Origin: Eledone cirrhosa
Taxonomy: Eukaryota
Assembly: GCA_964016885.1 (NCBI GenBank)
Contig: OZ024740.1
Coordinates: 352,780,001-352,844,000 of the forward strand
Direction: 5' to 3'
DNA length: 64,000 nucleotides
Part shown: positions 13,001 to 25,397 of the stretch, piece after piece
Layout of the letters: each line of letters opens with the position of its first letter
How positions within the stretch are numbered: position 1 is the first letter of the stretch
The notes under the pieces: generated by a model
Told to the model about the DNA's origin: nothing
The model's input: only the letters and a program-made list of their open reading frames with translations
Database searches by the model: none
Made by a program: the position numbers and the translations under genes

Positions 13001-13070
13001 TTGTTAATGGTAGAGTTGTTGTTGTTAATGACGCTGTTGTCGCCGTTGCCTTCCTCTTGTTAATGGTGAA
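10004..13070 (-). mobile_element. GC-rich CRE-like non-LTR retrotransposon (RT plus restriction-like endonuclease, N-terminal PHD finger), inactivated
   Basis: RT motifs KLDMRNAFNS, GVQQGDPLGPLLF, WYLDD and QATLPVRYGGLGI. C-terminal CRCG..HPLSC, RLDG (PDG-like), VWDATCTD, KLLKY, PLAVETSGVLG and QRVSLAILQGN. T-runs at 10004-10027 read as a poly(A) tail. The 5' boundary is approximate. Confidence 0.85.
10070..12752 (-). pseudogene. Disrupted ORF of the CRE-like element (three ORF pieces)
   Basis: ORFs 12108-12752 (PHD), 11833-12123 (GDVSAAVRVV..LKHP..SCGGVDGLRP) and 10070-11836 (588 aa RT-RLE). Frameshift and stop near 12160-12270. The early RT motifs are missing at the junction near 11855. 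Confidence 0.8.
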
Positions 13071-13169
13071 GATATAGAGCGAAATACAAAATCCACCAGC
13101 AGACAATTATATAAAAAAAGTATCTAGAAATAAAAGTCAACATTTCTGTCTGGGATATAAAGATTTGTT

Positions 13170-13539
13170 TTACATTTTCGCAAACAACGTAACGATATTC
13201 TCAATGGACGCGCTTACAATATTTGAATATAACTGAACCGTCGTGTCATTTAATTTGAAAAGTGGAGCAAAGTAAAAGTAGAATAGTGAATTTGGAGTGT
13301 CAATCCCTTGTGATTTTTTTTTTTTTTTTTCAATACCTGACTTACAGTTTTCCAGGATTTATACTCATTTTTTTTTTTTTTTCCTTCAAAAGGATGGAGG
13401 CGTTTTATCTCCTCATGAAACTGACATTACTTAATGATGTTCGTCATCTATAGCTTATTCATATGTATTATTTCATAACTCTATAGAACTTTTAGAATAT
13501 TTGTGCAGTGTTCTGTGTCCAGCCAGGTTTGTACAACAG
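13170..13539 (+). promoter_or_regulatory. Candidate promoter / non-coding first exon
   Basis: Non-repetitive AT-rich segment that keeps roughly 15 CpGs in 13170-13700, whereas the downstream flank is CpG-poor. Strong donor CAG|GTAAGA at 13539/13540. No expression data. Confidence 0.3.
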
Positions 13540-15323
13540 GTAAGAAAAATGATGATTCGGTGACGGTTTCTTCTGATAGGAGCCTCTTCCACGTCGGAAG
13601 ATCGAAGTGTGTTTTCTTGTCTTCTTAAATACTTTCATAAACAGCTTCGGAGATTTAAAACTTGTGTTTCAATTGGTGCTTCATTTCCACACGGTTCTAT
13701 TGTTTTATTTACAAAAATATATTTCTATATATTTCTTTATTTATTTCTCTTCTTTTAGTATAATGTAGTGAGTTGTCACCAGTGATGTTTGAAGTTCCTT
13801 TTGTAGCAGCATATTATTTCTGTAGAAAATTTGAAGTGTGCATTTGAGATTTAAAAAAAAATTTTTAGAATTGCCCAAATCTTTGAGACAAGTGCTATGA
13901 CCTTATGTTTGATATTCTCTGAGTTTGAGAAGCATTTGTAATAGGTAGTCTTTTAACTATCATTTACTACGTAAACACATAGTATTTCACACAAAATGTA
14001 ATCTTACTGCACAGAATTAGATTTAGAACTATACAAGTGGTGGTCAACTGTACATTAAAATAATTACTGATGCATTTTGCTTCTGAGGTGTATGCAACAT
14101 GTGTTTCAACACTATTGACTGTCACTATAATGCTAAAGCCTCATTGCAGGACATTTTGTAGCCTGCAATTGGAATATTACAGGATGATGTTGTTGTTGTT
14201 GATAGGTCAGCCTTGATCAAATGGAGCTAACATCAAAGATATTTCAACCATGACCAACTCATCTTTTTATTTGTGAATCTAGGGCTGTATTATGCAATCT
14301 GTTCTTTTTTAGCATAGTATAGTGTGATTTGAGGAATATCTAGCTTCTATTTCTATCAACTCGAGTAAATGCACAGAGGCTTCCTTGATAATATAGCCCA
14401 CATAAAAGTGGTAGTAAGATGAAACAGAGAGGGAGTAAGTGACATAAAGAAGGAAAGGGTCTGCTTGCAGATGTTAATAGAATGAAATACAAGTTATACC
14501 TCTTGATGTGGCTAATCCAGTCTTGTCTTGCTTGTACTCACTAATCTGAATCCTGTTATTCTGCACCTAAACATGTATTAAGTTCTACTTTGATTTGTGG
14601 TTTTCCCAGTTCCTGAACTGTCAACACATCATATATATGTTTTCAATTTATGTTTTCTTTGCATGTTGACATAGGTTGGATAGGTGAGATGACCCCCCCC
14701 CCCCCCCTCCTGCTCATATGTTCCATATTTTGCATGGTTTTTATGGCTGGATGTCCTACTTAATGACAACCACCTTACAGGGTGTATTAGATACATATTT
14801 TCATGGCACCAGCACTACCACTTTACAGAATGTACAGACTGCATTTTATCATGAGGTTTTCACATTTTTGTCTAGAATTAAAGGTCCTCTCAAAACTTAC
14901 ATTGCCTTTATTCAGTTGCCAATACTGTAGCCTCTGGTCACTAATCACATTTATTTTTAGTGTTGCCGTGCTTGTACTGGTGGGCTGGCATTTTGTATTA
15001 TGGCATATTACCAGTTAGCTTGGTCTTGTGTTATCTCCTTCTTGAGATCACTCTTCACAACTTCATCTCATGTCTTTCTTGGTATCCCTCTTCCAAAAGT
15101 TCCATCCACTTTCAACACTTTTTATATAACTCTCACTCTCCTCAGGCATCACATGACCACACCAGTGCTTCTTTTGCAGGCTACATTCAATTCTTCTTTT
15201 GCTCAACTTTTTTCTCAGCTCACTTGTGCTCTGTTATTTACATACACTAATATTACAAAACATCCAGTGAGCATACATGCTTCATTTGTTTTTAACCACC
15301 ACAGATCTGTCTGTATATATAGT

Positions 15324-15808
15324 TTTAGTGGTGCTAGACCCAGGGTTATTTACTCCAGTAAATACCACCGGAATCTAGCTACTAAATTTTATCAAGAAAA
15401 GTATGAGATTTTATACAACACCATGTCGAATGAGGGTTAACTCTCACTACATGAGGTAATGATAAAAACGTAAGCAGTTTCTCAAAGTATCAAATATAAA
15501 TTCTCGTTTATTGTAGTTTCATGTTACAATTGTGGTAAACAAATATTCTCGTACATAATTAGGTATAGTCCAGATCCATGATAGGTGGTTAGAGAAAAGT
15601 TAACACCCTTGTGTTCGGTGTTGTCAGCTTGAGAAGAAACCGCCAGAAAGAGAGTATACCTTTGGCGTAACCATGTCTGGCCTTACTAGGCCAGGCGGCC
15701 AAGAGGTGAAAGAGAGGGCGAGGCGTTGGAACGCTCCCTTATATACTGGCCACGGGGAAGTAACTCCAAATAGTCTGGTTCCCCGGAGAGATGGCGCTCG
15801 TCACTACA
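15324..15808 (-). mobile_element. Solo LTR (~485 bp), probably Gypsy-type
   Basis: The - strand begins TGTAGTGAC and ends CACCACTAAA (decayed ..CACTACA). It has a TATA-like GTATATAAGG and a downstream AATAAA. 4-bp TSD TAGT at 15320-15323 and 15809-15812. Confidence 0.7.
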
Positions 15809-17391
15809 TAGTTATTAATATTTATGTAATATTTTCAATATTAATTTATTCCTTCCTATACAATGGAATGTTATGTTTTTTTCATTTTAAAACCTTGTGA
15901 TACTAACATTTCCGAGATGACCTCTGGTTTTCTTATACAAAAATGCTAATTTCAAAGTTTCATAACAATTAGAATGGTATTTGCATGTTTAGAATAGCCA
16001 AAATAAACCCTACTCCATTGCAGTGGCACTAGATGTGTTCATATAAAAAATGAATAACATGATTTTCTGTATGGATTTTAGTGGGGTTTTTTTAATTGTT
16101 TCATCACAACATATATATAAGATTGGTTTGAACTTATATTATTTCAATTGTGACTATGAATGTCAGACATACCAAATAAACTAAGGATTATATCTAGAGT
16201 AAGTATAGTATAAGATTAATTTGTTGTTCACTTATAACTCAAGTGAGCTATATGATACGAGTTGTTTGTTGTGATCATGAAGATTATACAAGATTTATTT
16301 GAACTGATACCACCATCTTCTTTGTGATTGGATTAAACTGGTAGTTGTATTTATAGGATGTGTATGATGTTCACTTAAAACTCAAGTGAGCTATGTAATA
16401 CATAAGGATGTGTCCAAATCAATAGTTTTATGCTATAATAACCACAACCATATTTATATTGTGACAGTAGACAAATGGTCTGAACTATTGCTATATGTCA
16501 GTGGCATTGTCCATAGCTTCACATTACTATTTTTGTATGCAAGCCAACATTAACATACTTGTTTGCTGTCTTACATTTTAAACATTATATAAAGTTAACC
16601 ACATTATATGAAACATTCTTGTGTAAGTCCATCTATGATTTGTAAGACAACATAGTTTGTGTATATGTCAAGTTTAGTGTTTATAGTCAGCTTTTCCTAA
16701 AATCTACTTGGTTATATGTCAGAGAAGAATGTTTGTGCTCTTTGTATCTTTGTGGACGTATGTGCTTTTAGAGGATGAGACAATATCACATTGAAAAGGA
16801 ATCAGAAAGATCACACAATCACATGTGTGGAGGGCTTATATTACTAATGCCATTGGGAAAGGCATGAATGTTGCAATCTTGATTTCTCTCTATTCTATAA
16901 ATGCATAAAAGGCTGATTTGTAAGAAACTTATATTATTTGTTCATTTAAAGATGAGAGAATGCTGAAGAGGGGGTGGGGGACTAGATCTTGGGTTTGTGT
17001 CATGCCAAAGGCTTGACATTCCGTCTTTGGTTAAGGTAGCCACTGTCTTTGGCATATAAGATATTGAATTGTACACGTAAAACTGAAAGCTCTCATAGGC
17101 TAATGTTTACAAGACCTGACCATTGTAGATTACTGATATGTCTACCTAACACAAATTCATAATATTGTAATATTATTTAAACTTTCATCTTCTTCATTAT
17201 CATTATCACTGAATAGCAGAATTGGTTGAGTGACCCTTTACATTCTGAATTCAAATCCTACCAAGATTAGCTTTGCCTTTCATCCTTCCAAGGTCGATAA
17301 AATGAAGTACCAATAATGTACTGGGGTTGATTTAATTGACTTTCCCCTCCCCCCTCCCAAAATTATTGGCCTTGTGCCTAAATCAAAAACC

Positions 17392-17422
<31 letters not shown>

Positions 17423-18009
17423 TTTCCTTTGATTTTGCTTAATATGTGAATGACTACCAAATATTAACCAGATACTTCGGGCCGGCATCAATGGTTTTGA
17501 TCGTTTTTGATAGCTTTTTTTCATGTGTTATTTCGTTCTCACTTTCACTCAACAATTCACATGACAAAAAATAAAAGATAAATAGGTTTTAAAAAAAATG
17601 GAAAAAAAAAAGAGAGAAAGGTCGGAGTAGGAGGAGATAAAAAGAAGTATTAAGGAGTATAAAAAAGGATATTTGAGTGGTATTAAATATCATTTAAGTT
17701 TACTATAAATTAAACAGAAAAGATTGTGTGTTGACATATATAACAAAGACAAAAATTTATGAAGTTTCTGGGTGGTACTTGTTAGAACTATCTTTTGTAT
17801 TGCATAAATGCTAGGTTTATTAGGTATGTTTACAACAAACTTTTGAAAACGACACCAAGTGATCCTATCACTATCGGAATAGTTTGGGTTTTAAGGTGCC
17901 ACATTCTGTTTATTTCAATTTCTAGATCTTTATATTTTGTTAGTTCATCATACTCTTTTGCTGACATTCTATTAGACAGCACAGTCATGTCAATGAGTAA
18001 GCAGGTCTT

Positions 18010-20110
18010 GTTTTAAAATCTTTAACAGCTTCATTGCAAAGCATGAAGGCTGCGTTGTCAGAGTTAGGGTGCGTGTTCTCAGGCACGAGGGCACAAAAGC
18101 CATTCAATGGGCCCGAGTGGCGGAGGTGCGTTGTGGCTACAAAGCCACGATCTGGTCTTTGGAGGACCACAACGGGTGCATGTCACTCGATCCTGGGTAA
18201 ATTTGTGCGGCTTTTCAGCAACACTTTGCACAGCTGTTCGGGGGCAGCGGCGAGATGGATCGCGGGATGGACTTTAGTGGCTACCTTGACGGTCTGCTGC
18301 AGATTTCGGTCACTGAGGTGGAGTGTTGCGATAAGCTGCTGAAGTATGGGAGGCAATGACTGGCTGCACAATGGGTAAAGAGGTTGGCGCTTGTCGTCGG
18401 TGGTCTGGTGGGAGAGGCGCAGACATGCGCCATCCCAGACAAATCAGACCAAGACAACCTCCGCCTCATGCGATACAATGTGGAAAGGGTAGCTAGGGAA
18501 CCTGGCGCAGGTGGGTCCTTGATCAATTTAGATCAGTCGAAAGCTTTCAATAGGATGGCAGTCCTGAGGGCGATTGGGTTTGTGGCCGTCTTCAGAGGCT
18601 GGATCGTTTTCATGCACAGCGACATCTGCTCTGTGGTGAGAGTGAACGGTCACCTTTCGGAACCGTTCAACATCATGTGCTCGGTCTGCCAAGGATGCTC
18701 CTCTCGTCCCTGTTGTACATATTGATTCTCTAGCCATTACCGCACAAACTGGAGATGTTGAGGGGCGTCCCGCATGATCTGGAGTGTGGGAGAACCATGT
18801 CAGCATGTGCCACTGACATCACCGTAGTGGTGTTGAGTGCTAAACACATTGAGGCGATTGGCATTACATTAAGAGAAGACGAGGCGGTGACAGGAGCAAT
18901 GATCAACCAGGAAAAGTTGGTGGGCCTGCGGCTCGCCACCTGGAGAGGCAAGTCCATGCCGTCCAACTATTGTGACGAGCTGGGTGGCCTCTCTCACCTA
19001 GAAATGGACTGAGAGGAAGCTATCCCTGAAAGGTCGAGCGGAGGTGGCGAACGCGTACATTGTGTCTGTCATCTACTACTGCCTGACTGTCATACCTTGT
19101 TCTAAGCCTCACCTGACTGCGCTGGAGCATTTGCTCTTTCACTTTTTGTGGAAGGGACATGCTCCGATGGTCAGATGGTACATCTGCTGTCAACACCCGC
19201 TATGCAGAGTGCTGGGCATGCCGTGACTGATGATGCACAGACATGTGCTCAGGGTATGGCATCTCCACCTCTTCCTCGATGGTGATCAGGTGTGGTTGCC
19301 ATTTGCTAGACGCGTATTTCCCCAGCTAATCTTCTTGACGGAACTGCAGTCCTAGGTCAAGTGAAGACCGAACGGAAGTGCTTAGAGATTGGAATGTCTT
19401 CAAGTGCTCACAGCCCTTGACCAGTCGGGCGATGCGATCGGTGGACACTCCCTCCACCTTGATGTTCTATAGAGGGTTAGTGGAAGGAAAGAGTGATAAC
19501 GTCCTTGGGTCGACTCTGGGCGTTGATCAAAATCAACTAGCCAATCTCTTTGGGAGAACTTTTGGACCGGGGCTCATGGACAACTTCCAGAAATCACTGG
19601 CCTGGCAGTGCTACTGAGGAGCTTTGCCAGTTCAAGATAAACTCTACAAGCATGGAAGTGCCGTCAGCTGGGCCTGTCCAAGATGTGCGCAGGGCAACGA
19701 AACCGTCCTGCATGCACTCGTCCAGTGTCTGAGCATTGCTGACTTGTGGTTTTATGTCAAACATCTGCTGACGTGTGTAGGACGGATCTGGCTATCAACT
19801 GATATCCATCGTGAAGATTTCCCTGCCGCACTCCTTTAACCAGGAGGGTTTCAGGCAGTTTTTATATGCCTGGTGGCCATAGTAAAAGAAGTTGTATGGT
19901 GGATGTGCCTGAAAGGGTTGAAGACAAGCACTTTCCTCTTCAGTGACGCCCTCATTAACTTTTTCAGGTTTCACCTGAAAAGGTAAATCAGGGTGGTTTG
20001 TTGAAAGGTGGGTGAGAGAGGCAAGAATGGCCCGTGTGAATGGGCCTGTCCTGAGCTTGTGTCTGTAGTATCGTAGGAGGAAAACTGGAAGAGGGCGCAT
20101 GCCCTAGCGG
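18010..20110 (+). mobile_element. Degenerate 5'-truncated Tx1/L1-clade ORF2 fragment
   Basis: Translated pieces LINLDQSKAFNR, VRVNGHLSEPF..SVCQGC, LSLKGRAEVANAYIVSVIYY and LFHFLWKG, plus a C-terminal CCHC finger CPRCAQGNETVLHALVQC. Multiple stops and frameshifts. Confidence 0.8.
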
Positions 20111-20131
20111 TCGGTAATTGGCAGTATAAAA

Positions 20132-20352
20132 GGGCGGTAATTGCCAGTATAGGTAGTAGGTCGGACACTATACTTTGCAGCATAGAGTTACGGCTCTTTA
20201 TGATCTGAGTTCAAATTCCGCCGAGGTTAACTTTGCCTTTCATCCTTACGGGGTCGATAAAATAAAGTACCAGTCACGCACTGGAGTAGATTTTAATCGA
20301 CTTTCCCCTCCCCCAAATTGCTGGCCTTGTGCCTATATAGGAAACCATTATT
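20132..20352 (+). mobile_element. tRNA-derived SINE (long subfamily)
   Basis: B-box GAGTTCAAATTCC, the same central domain as the 2309 copy, an extra GATTTTAATCGACTTTCCCCTCCCCCA segment and an (ATT)n tail. Confidence 0.85.
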
Positions 20353-21357
20353 GTTATTTTTATTATTTGCACCTTAATTATAAAAGAAGTATCTTAAAAA
20401 TGAAAGATAGTTGTCTGAGATAAGTTTCATAACACCAAAACTCTTAAAAGTGAAACAGGGACTGTTTTATGATATAGCTTATGTCATGCACGTCCAATTT
20501 ATTTTATTGCTTTTACTTGGAAACATTCTTTTTCCTTTGAAAAGAGATTTGAAATTAAAGTGATAATGGTGAAGAGTGTAGAAATTTGTTAGATCACTGT
20601 CTGCTTCAATAGTATCAAGGCACACTAAATATTTATATTTACAATCAACTGATGATGAAAAAATAGCCAGTGATGAATGTTGGGTAGAGAAATGGAATGA
20701 GATGGTTGGGTCATGTGTTGAGGATGGATGAAAGTGACTGAGAGGAGTGGCGGAAATGAGTGTGGAAGGAAGATATGGTTAATAGTTGATGGTGGAGGAA
20801 ATGAAAGCCTGTAGTTTGGTGAAAGGGATGTTGATAATAGGGTAAAATGAAGAAGCTTGTCATGGGGCATGAAAGGCTAACACTTTCTTTAGCTAGGAAA
20901 ATGGTCTTGAAATGTTTGTTGTTGTAATGGTTGATGAATTGTTGTAAGCTTGTAGGAAGATGTGGCTAAAGAGCAAGTCCTAAGGTGGAATCTTGCAATA
21001 CAACTACAAGGAATATCCGTTAGCTCTGTCAACAATGGAAGGAAGCATAGTAAAATTCTATTTCCTCTCTGAAACCTAAAATCTACTTGTCAGTGTTCCA
21101 AAATTATTCTTTCTGTAATATCTTAGAAAACATTGTTTCTGCTCCGTTTGTTTCACATTATTTTTTTATGTTACACTAAGTTATTTATTTATATTTTCCC
21201 TACAATATCAGTTCATAAATCTTATTTCTAATATCAATGCAACTAGTGTTTTACCTTGGTGATATATTTAGATTAAAAACCAAAGTTCACTGGTTGGAAT
21301 AGCTTTCTAACATAGCATAATCTTGTAGTTGAAGCCAGTTCTTTCCTGTATCTCATC

Positions 21358-21586
21358 TTAACCCTTTAGCATTTACATTACTCTATATATACTATTGTAT
21401 TTTTGTAGTAAACACTTTATCTTACATAATTATCGCACATAATATCGAATCTATGAGATTTTGATGTTATTTATTTTGAGAACAATACCTTAACATCAGT
21501 ATAAGCAGCCAGTTTCAACTGGTTTGAACAGAAAGAGGTGAGACATTTCCAGCTGGATATGGGCGGTTTGAATGCTAAAGGGTTAA
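21358..21586. mobile_element. piggyBac-like MITE, copy 1 of 6
   Basis: TTAA-CCCTTTAGCATT ... AATGCTAAAGGG-TTAA terminal inverted repeats with TTAA on both sides. Confidence 0.85.
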
Positions 21587-22232
21587 GCCTCTTTCTTTCC
21601 TTTCTTCATTTTCTATTACCCCATAATGGTTGTAAACTGTCACAGTAACTAACTATAATCATTATACTTTTTAGTGCATAAGTACATATATGGTTCATAG
21701 TTAAATAACAACTATGGACAAACAATCCCAGATATTTAAAAAGAATTTTGGAAATAATTTTGTGAAACTATATTGATTTTAATATATTGCGTAAAACTTG
21801 CATATAGAGTGTTTGAGATCAAGAAGTGAGTTGAATAATAAATAATACAGGGGAAACAAAATAATACCAAACAAAGAAAAAGCATTAAAAACATTCTAAA
21901 AATAATTTTATGAAATTATATAGGTTTAAGTCTAGTTAGGAAAGCTGTTGTTATAGATAAGAAAGATTGAGAAAAACTGGCAGCAATTACTTGAATATGT
22001 ATGAGACCATTAAAAATATGTTACCAAGTATATAGCTGCTTAATTTCCAGCATAAGTAAAACCTTGGGCCACTTGAGTTTTTACATTTTTTGTAATCACG
22101 CAAATTATTCAGGAACTCTTTCTCATTGTAAGGAAATATGTGTGTGTATATATACACACACACACACATATATATGTATATATCATATTAAGGATATTGC
22201 AAAACAAATACAAATATGAAGTATATATATAT

Positions 22233-22265
<33 letters not shown>

Positions 22266-22379
22266 CATACATATACACATACACATACATACATACACTT
22301 ATACATATCCATACATATATACATATCCACTCACACATATACAAGACTTCTTTTTGCGTATATGTGTGTACTTTGTGTT

Positions 22380-22897
22380 CTGAATGTTTTTCCTTGCAAG
22401 AAGTGGTCCAATGTTTGGAAGGCGCAATAGTCAATTGATGCAAAGTCTGGTGAATATGGTAGGTGACAGAAATTTTCTAAGTTTAGCTCCTGTAGTTTGA
22501 TCAGCATTGTTTGTGCGACATGTGGTCGAGCATTGTCTTGCAAAAGGATTGGCCTGTCTCTTTTGACCAATCTCAGCTGTTTAATTGCAAGCTCTCATAT
22601 AATTTTATCCAACATAATTTTATCCAATTGTTTGTAGTATACATCTGCTGTAAATGATAGGTCCAGCTTCTTTCCTTGCTGATTTGTTTCAAATGGACTG
22701 ACATATCCACAGGCTCACAAAAATTGATTTGAAACAAACAATTCAAAAGACAATCACAAACCAAAATGCGCATTTGAAAAATTTATGATGTACCTGAACA
22801 ATCAAACAAAACCAAGAACTCTCGAGGTGAAATGTTAGAGATAGTGACTCTCAAACTTAGTGCTTAAGGAAATCGGACATTTCATATTTAATGACAT
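22380..22897 (-). mobile_element. mariner (D,D34D) transposon relic
   Basis: ORF 22331-22570 reads ILLQDNARPH..HLPYSPDFASIDY, with 34 residues between the last two catalytic Asp. Internally deleted and truncated at a microsatellite. Confidence 0.8.
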
Positions 22898-25397
22898 TAG
22901 AACAAGCTTATGACTGTTCTGTAGTCAAGAGCATGGATTTAAACCAGTTGCTTACTAGAATTCAGCTTGATTCTTCTGAAACTGAGATTTATTGTATTAT
23001 TTCACTTACATTGCTCTTTTATTAATATACTGGTCAATTGTGGACTGGGAATTATTATTTTTGTTAGTTTGTAACTGTGAAGTGTTGAATAGATGCCTAG
23101 TGTGTGCATCTCTCTTGTCTGTTATTTATAGATTTTAAACACTTCAAGATTTGTCTACTTATTGTTGAATGTCAGCTGATCAAAGTTTTTCACGTCACTA
23201 TTGTTATGCGAGACTTTACTGTTGATGTATTTAGTTTGCAGAATACATATGTATGAATTGCAATGCATACATATCCATCCAACCCATGCAAGCATGGAAA
23301 AGTGGATGTAAAAACAATGACGAGGATGAAGATAATGATTATGTCATCTATCTATGTTTTAAAACAATTTTTTTTCATATATACAAAAACTTTAAAAAGC
23401 TGATGGTGTGTTTTAATACTTTTAGTACCATTGTACTATGGATTGAAAATGGTTGGAAATTACTGGTATAGAGGCTTCCTAATTAGTTAAATAGTCTGGG
23501 CCCAAACCTGACAAAAGTGACATTGTTCATTATTGTCATCTTCAATTCCTGGATAGATTCCAGGCCAGTATTATCCTGCTTCATGTTAATGTATGTCCAC
23601 CACACTTTCCCAATCTGTACCATGGTTCCACAAGACCAGCTTTGATGTTTCCTCTTCTGGATATTATGTACAATGTCTTAATAAATGGAGTCAACTTTTG
23701 GTAGGTTTCCAAACAGGCATTCGTGTGTCATGTGCTAGTGTTGTTATAGCTAATTGAGGGAAGGTGTTTTATCTGATGTTTTCATTAGCAGATCCCTCTA
23801 TGGGTTTTGTGACATCTGCTAGAAATTGCATTTTTGTTTTCATATATTTGATATTTACATTAATATCTTTTGTTTGTAATTGTTTGAGTTATTTTCTTTT
23901 ACCTCCTTGAATTTTTCTGTTTTGTATTCTGTCCCCATATTTTCCTGTTATCTGGATAAAATTTATATATATAATAGCGTGAACTTGCTGTCATGTTACA
24001 TAGGTAATTTTACATATGTTGTTCCACGCTTGCATGGGTTGGATGGGTCCTTCTCAGTTCAGTATCTCCCCACTTTTCACATTCTCTGAGATCAGCTCTC
24101 ATTTATCCAGGCCTTCTTTGGTCTTCTTCTATTGTGGCTTCCTTCCACTGAGATTACTTGGTATTTCGTCACTCAGTGAACATCACCCATGCGTATCACA
24201 TGTCCATACCAATGCAGTCCCCTCTCCTGCACACTACTTCTGATTTCTCTTATACCCAGTTTCTCCCTCAAATTTATTTCTGTAATGCTTAAAGATATAG
24301 TTTCTTGCAATAAATATGGCTAAAGCAAAACTTTTTCATGGACCTCTAAAATACTACAGTGGGCCCCCAATTTACTATTTTATTTGCATTGACCCCCCAC
24401 CCCCACACCCACACACTGTCTTATAAGGACCCCCAGGGTTCACATAGACCCCAGTTGAGGTCCATTGTTCTAAATCAGCATTGTTTTACTTACTCCAACA
24501 CTAAACTACATTTCATAAAAATAAACTGTGTATTATTTACCTGTAAATAATGATGGAAGAGAGCTACAGTGATAATGATAATGAGTAAGAGCAGAGAGAA
24601 GGGACTGAAAATAGACCAAATGCCTTCTTTTATTATCCAAGCAGCACAGTAAAGTGATTAGGATAGCAGATGTTTGATGAAAAGGTAAATAAGGAATTAA
24701 CAGGAGAATACTAGACAAAAGACCCAATACATTCCACCCCCCAAAATCATAACTTGAATAACCTAGTCTAACAATTTGATGCCTCTAAATATACTCCTCT
24801 CTAGTGTGTCTTGATTGTCTTTGTAGCAGTTAACAATGATACTACTGTACCAATTGTTGGGCATGACACCTTCCTGTACTATCTGATTGATTATACAAAA
24901 GACTAGTGTATATCTTATTGATTATACAAAGGACTAGTGTATATCTTATTTCTCCAGATATTTTAAACATCTTAACGACTATCCCCAATTTTCTTTTTAG
25001 CCATTTACAACTTTAAAATAATAAACAAATAATATAAAAGAAGAACAAAAATAAAATATGTTTAAGAGCCTGGCTGCCTTGTTGTCTGCTTTGACTTCAT
25101 ATCTTTAATTGCACTTGCAACGATACTGTTGTCAATGTCTGCTCTCTCTGTAGACACACACACACATTTTAAAGGTAAACTATTGGAGCACTGATTAAAT
25201 TGAAATTCTTAGAAAATGCAGAAAATAACTAATCAAATAGAATTCACTATAGACGGAAAAAGTGGCCAGTAGCCACTTTGAAGAATTGAACTCTGGACCT
25301 CTCAAATTCCATCTAAGCACTCTTAATCTACTGTCGTTACAGTTATTTTCTGCGTTTGAGATTGCTAGATTTTCTAAGAATATACATACATATATAT

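Noticed and set aside
16220-16405. Short local duplications (also 24880-24950 and 58870-58990)
   Set aside because: Two-copy degenerate tandem duplications with no coding or structural signal; ordinary slippage products.
22109-22443. ORFs rich in Y/I/H/T or V/C/M
   Set aside because: Translations of (TA)n/(CA)n microsatellites.
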